Source: the human T2T-CHM13v2.0 reference genome, Homo sapiens. Taken from it: DNA of 64,000 nt. Under the pieces are notes generated by a model. It had not been told where the DNA came from, searched no databases, and was given only the letters and a program-made list of their open reading frames with translations. Location: the NCBI RefSeq assembly GCF_009914755.1, contig NC_060925.1. One strand, 5' to 3'. Made by a program: the position numbers and the translations under genes. Below, in pieces: positions 59,682-64,000 of this stretch (within the stretch, counting starts at the first letter, position 1; each line of letters begins with the position of its first letter).

Positions 59682-62350
59682 CAGGTTGAACATCCCTAAT
59701 TCAAAAATTCAAAATCCCAAATGGTCCACAAATCAAAACTTTTGAACGCCGACATGAGGCCACAAGTAAAAAACTTCACACTTGACCTCATGTGACATGT
59801 TACAGTCAAAACACAGGCACACTTTACAAAGTTTATTCAGCATCCCCAAGGGAGAAAATACCCTCCCAACTCCCTTCAGCCAGGATATATCTTTTCTGTG
59901 CATGCCCAGATTTCCTTATGCATGCATGCCCACAAAGAGTAATAAAATGGGAGGTGCCAACAGCAGGTTCCCATGATGCTCCACGTGGGGCCAAGACTTA
60001 CAAGCATTATTCACTGTGATCTTTTTTATATTTTTTAATTCTCGTCTAAGTGAAAATACTATTAAAATGTCAAAAAGACCTGTGGATATCCACATTGGTG
60101 GCAGTGACTAAAAAAAGGGGAAGCATTTATGTTTCTCTATAGCACAGAAAGTCAAGCTGTTAGAGAAATCAGACAGCGCTGTAAGTGTGAATTATCTTAC
60201 AGAAGAGTATGGTATTGGAAGGACAACCATATATGACCTGAAGAGATAAAACAATAAATGTTTGAAGTTATGTGCTGAAAGTAGTGAACAGCAGCTAATA
60301 AAAAACAGAAAAGCACTGCATAAAGCTAAAAAATGAAGATTTCAGTTGTGTATTGAAACAGTGCATCTGTCAGCGTCACAGTGAACACAGGCCACTTAAT
60401 GGTATGCTGATCAAGAAACAAGCAAAAATTTGTTATGATTACCTGAAAATTGAAGAGAACTGTGAATATTCAACAGGCTGGTTGAATAAATTTAAGAAAA
60501 GACATGACATTAAGTTTTTAAAGATTTCTAGATATAAAGTTATCTGTTGATCACAAAACAGCAAAGAAATTCAATTCATTGACAAGTTTGCCAAGGTCTC
60601 TGCTGATGAAAATCTAATGCCAGAACATGTCCAAAATGCTCATGAAACATCCCTGTTTTAACATTATTACCCCAGAAAGATAGCGGCTACAAATGATGAG
60701 ATGGCCCCTACAAAAATTAAGGATGCCAAAGACAGAAGTACTGCTAGGATGTGCTAATGCAGCAGATGTGCATACATGTAGACTTGCTGTGATAGGCAAA
60801 AGCTTTTGTCCTCACTGTTTTCAAGGAGTGAATTTCTTACCAGTCCATTATTATGCTAACAAAAATGCATAGATAACAGAAATATCTTTTCTGACTGGTT
60901 TCACAAACATTTTGTAATAGTGGCTCATGCTCACTGTAGGGATGCTGGATTAAATGGCAACTGCAAGATTTTGCTATGCCTTGACAATTATTCTGCTCAT
61001 CCTGCAGCTAAAATTTTCATCAGAAATAATGTTCATGTATTTTCTTTCAAACGTGACTTCATTAATTCAGCCATGACACCAGGGTCTACGTAGATCAATG
61101 AACAGTAAATGCAAAAGCCCTTTCGTGAACAGCATGCTAGCAGCAGTGAACAGAGGGCTGGAAAAGTTTTTGATAGGCTTTAGCATGAAGGATGTCTTAT
61201 ATTCTGTTGCCAATGCTTTGAAAATAGTAACTAAAGACATAGCTGTGCATGCCTGGCACAACCTCTGGCCTGTGACTATGTTCAATGATGACCATGAACT
61301 AGGTGGTGACTTTGAAGTATTTCCATGTCAATTGAAAAAGAAAATCTAACTTCCTTACATACACACAAAAAAAATAGCATCAGAGTCTGACAGTAAGCTG
61401 GAAGAAGTGGATTTTGAAGATATTTTGAACACTGATAATGCAGCTCCAATTGTTTATTGATTGACTGATGGTGAAGTAGCCAAAACGATTCTGAATCAAG
61501 GTGATCATGATAATAGTAACAATGAAGATAAGGTTGTTAACTCTACAGAAAAAGTGCCTACAGACATCATGATGAAAATGTATATGGGCTTGCTGAAGGA
61601 CTAGAGAAGCATACAATCATAACAGAACAAGACATGATGTAAGTTTATAAAATAAAAAAGGGATTTCTAAAGCAAAAAACATTGTTAATGAGGCAGATGT
61701 GTCTGAAGAAAAAGCCCTAATCCAAAAGACTCACTTCTTGGTCTCTCATCTGCTTCTAATACTTCTTCTCAACTTAAAAAAATACCATGTACAGTAACCT
61801 ATTAATCAAAATGCAGAATTGTAGGTAGAGACTGAAAGCCTGCAGTTGTTTGTTGTTGCTGTTGTTTAATAGCTGATACAGGAATTCTGCTGATGCTACT
61901 GTGCTCCTTAGTTACCCTGAATACATTACTTTTTTTCTTACTGTATTAATGGTATGCCTTTATTTTTGACTATTAAGTATCTATGTGCAAGTAAGTGTAA
62001 GAAAATAATTGTTTATTGGTAGCATATGAATTCAGAGTCAAGGATGATGGTGATGGCAACCAACCACAGATTGTCCACATGGGTGACTGAGACAGTGACA
62101 CCTTTGTTTTCTGATGGCTCAGTGTATACAGACTTTGTTTTATGCACAAAACTATTAAAAATATTGTATAAAATTGCTCTCAGGTATATGTATAAAGTGT
62201 ATATGAAACATAAATAAATGTTATACTTAAACTTTGGTCCCATCCCCAAGAGGCTTCATTATGCATATAGAAATATTCCCAAATCAGAAAATATCTAAAA
62301 TCTGAAACACTTCTGGCCTCGAACGTTTCAGATAAGAGATACTCAACTTG
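59682..62350 (+). mobile_element. Tigger4 (Zombi) DNA transposon, full length, transposase pseudogene
   Basis: TIRs caggttgaacatccct / agagatactcaacttg then TA; ATG at 60067 (MSKRPVD..SIAQKVKLLEK), STGWLNKFKKRH, LDNYSAHP; many stops. Confidence 0.92.
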
Positions 62351-62744
62351 TATGCATGCCTGTGTATATTCATATGTATATGTAAATGTGAGATATATAT
62401 ATATATAAATCTTATATACTCCAAACCAGTGAGGTAGATATATGATGTATCTATAACAGTGTAAGAACGCAAGAGAAAAGAAATTAAGATAGCAGGTAAC
62501 AGTGGACAAAAGTAGTACTTGATTCTTGAATATTTATTTTTCTGATAGGTAATTTTAACATGAAAGAAAAAATGCGACAAATGAATACACTTAAAGCACA
62601 CTTGGACAAGGTAAGTTAAGATGCAAATTGTTTTTTTGTTTCATTATCTTTTGTACTAACTCTGTGGTTATTTAGAATTTTCTAATTGGAAAAGACCTAA
62701 TGAGATGATTTTCAGGCTCTCTTTGATTTTTACTTAGCAGAAGT

Positions 62745-62913
62745 GAAGACTTTCAATAATTTGTTGTCTTATTCTTCTTTTATTAAAATGTTCTTGATTC
62801 TAATGACTGTGGTTCTAATTAGCTCTAGTTGAAGACTTTCAATAATTTGTTGTCTTATTCTTTTATTAAAATGTTCTTGATCCTTATGACTGTAGTGCTA
62901 ATTAGCTCTAGTT
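62745..62913. repeat. Two-copy tandem duplication (86 and 83 bp)
   Basis: gaagactttcaataat...agctctagtt at 62745-62830 and 62831-62913. Confidence 0.97.
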
Positions 62914-63224
62914 CTGTTTCTTTTCTAATAAATAGTATTTTCTATAAAAAAGTAGTTGGACAAGTCAATGAAGATTTTCAACATTGTTGTTGTTAGGCAT
63001 TCTATAAAAGCATCTGACAGCAATATTCTTAAATTGAAACATTTGATGTGAAAATCTGACATGATTACTTCATAATAATGAATATGTAAAACCAAACATG
63101 ACTGAATATACTTAGTGTCAAATTTAACTATGAAATTTAGTTTTCAATAAAAATTTAAAAGTTATAACAACACAGTAACAACCAAGCATTATTACATTAA
63201 GGCAAAGTTGATTTATTCATTACA

Positions 63225-63670
63225 ACAATAGTAGCTAATATATACTGAACTCTAATGGGGCACTTCACATATATTATTTCATTAACATTCTCACAGAACT
63301 TCATTAGCTCACTTTTATATTACTTACATTTTGCAGATGAGGTTTAGAGGAATAAAGTAAACTCTTAGGATCACAAACTAATAATAAGAGTTTTTTCTTA
63401 CCCATTTATACTATCTGTAGCTTCATGTATTAACCATACACAATTATCTGTTTTTCTTTAATTATCAAATATTTTAAACAATCCTGATTTTTATACTAAA
63501 TTATAAACCTAAATTCTTATACTAGATTATAATTGTTTTACTCATTTATTCAGTAAATATTAATTGAGCAGGTACAATGTGCAAGACCTTTTTTAAGGAT
63601 GAGGACAAAGACATATATAAGGAAGACATGTTCCAATGCCTTCATGAATCTTCCAGCCTCATATGTTTAA
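63225..63670 (-). mobile_element. MIR (~63225-63420) and L2 3' end (~63540-63670)
   Basis: attttgcagatgagg..aggatcacaaact; catttattcagtaaatattaattgagca..aatgtgcaag. Confidence 0.65.
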
Positions 63671-64000
63671 CAAACACTGACTGACTGAATGGCTTACTAA
63701 TGAAAATGGGCCTGCCCATCATTCTCCTTCAAATTTCTATTTCTAGTGTTTGCTTGAAATCCACAAAAAAGCGGTTTTTAGAACTGTTCATAAACTAAAG
63801 ATATGAATTTAAATAAAGAACTAATGAAGTCACCTCTAAATAAATCAATCAGTAAGGATTCTTTTGATTGCAAGTGATAGGAAACTCAACAAAGTTGGAT
63901 GACAGAAAAAAAAAAAAAAGACACTGGCTATCATATGGGTAGAGTTATTCCCAGGACAGAAAGTGAACTTGACCAGAATAAATTTCCAGGCTCTACTCCC

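Noticed and set aside
62549-62616. Possible small exon ending in a perfect AAG|gtaagt donor
   Set aside because: No linked exons or coding evidence visible from sequence alone

Overview
AT-rich, repeat-dense primate genomic DNA (human/ape-like, given L1PA3/L1PA4 and AluS/J copies). I find no protein-coding gene, RNA gene or CpG island; the long ORFs are broken L1 ORF2 or Tigger transposase, Alu read-through, or low-complexity artefacts. Contents: a near full-length Tigger1 with three nested insertions, a full-length Tigger4, several L1s, about ten Alus, MER1A/MER2B/MER47A/Tigger3a/MADE1, MaLR and ERVL LTRs, an ERVL internal fragment with a recognisable protease, MIR/L2 remnants, and a heavily decayed R4/Dong-like (Mam_R4-like) RT. 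I cannot support a novel gene system. The most notable signals are DNA-copying scars: (1) an L1PA3 insertion that reads as a twin-primed 5'-inversion with a 3' transduction (49526-50595); (2) two ~80-100 bp insertions templated from donors 1-2 kb away (26184-26286 and 32745-32822); (3) a polyadenylated 141-bp orphan retro-insert with a hairpin inside L1PA16 (53481-53621); (4) fold-back and tandem duplication junctions. Repeat subfamily names come from recalled consensus similarity, not a database run; boundaries of old repeats are approximate.
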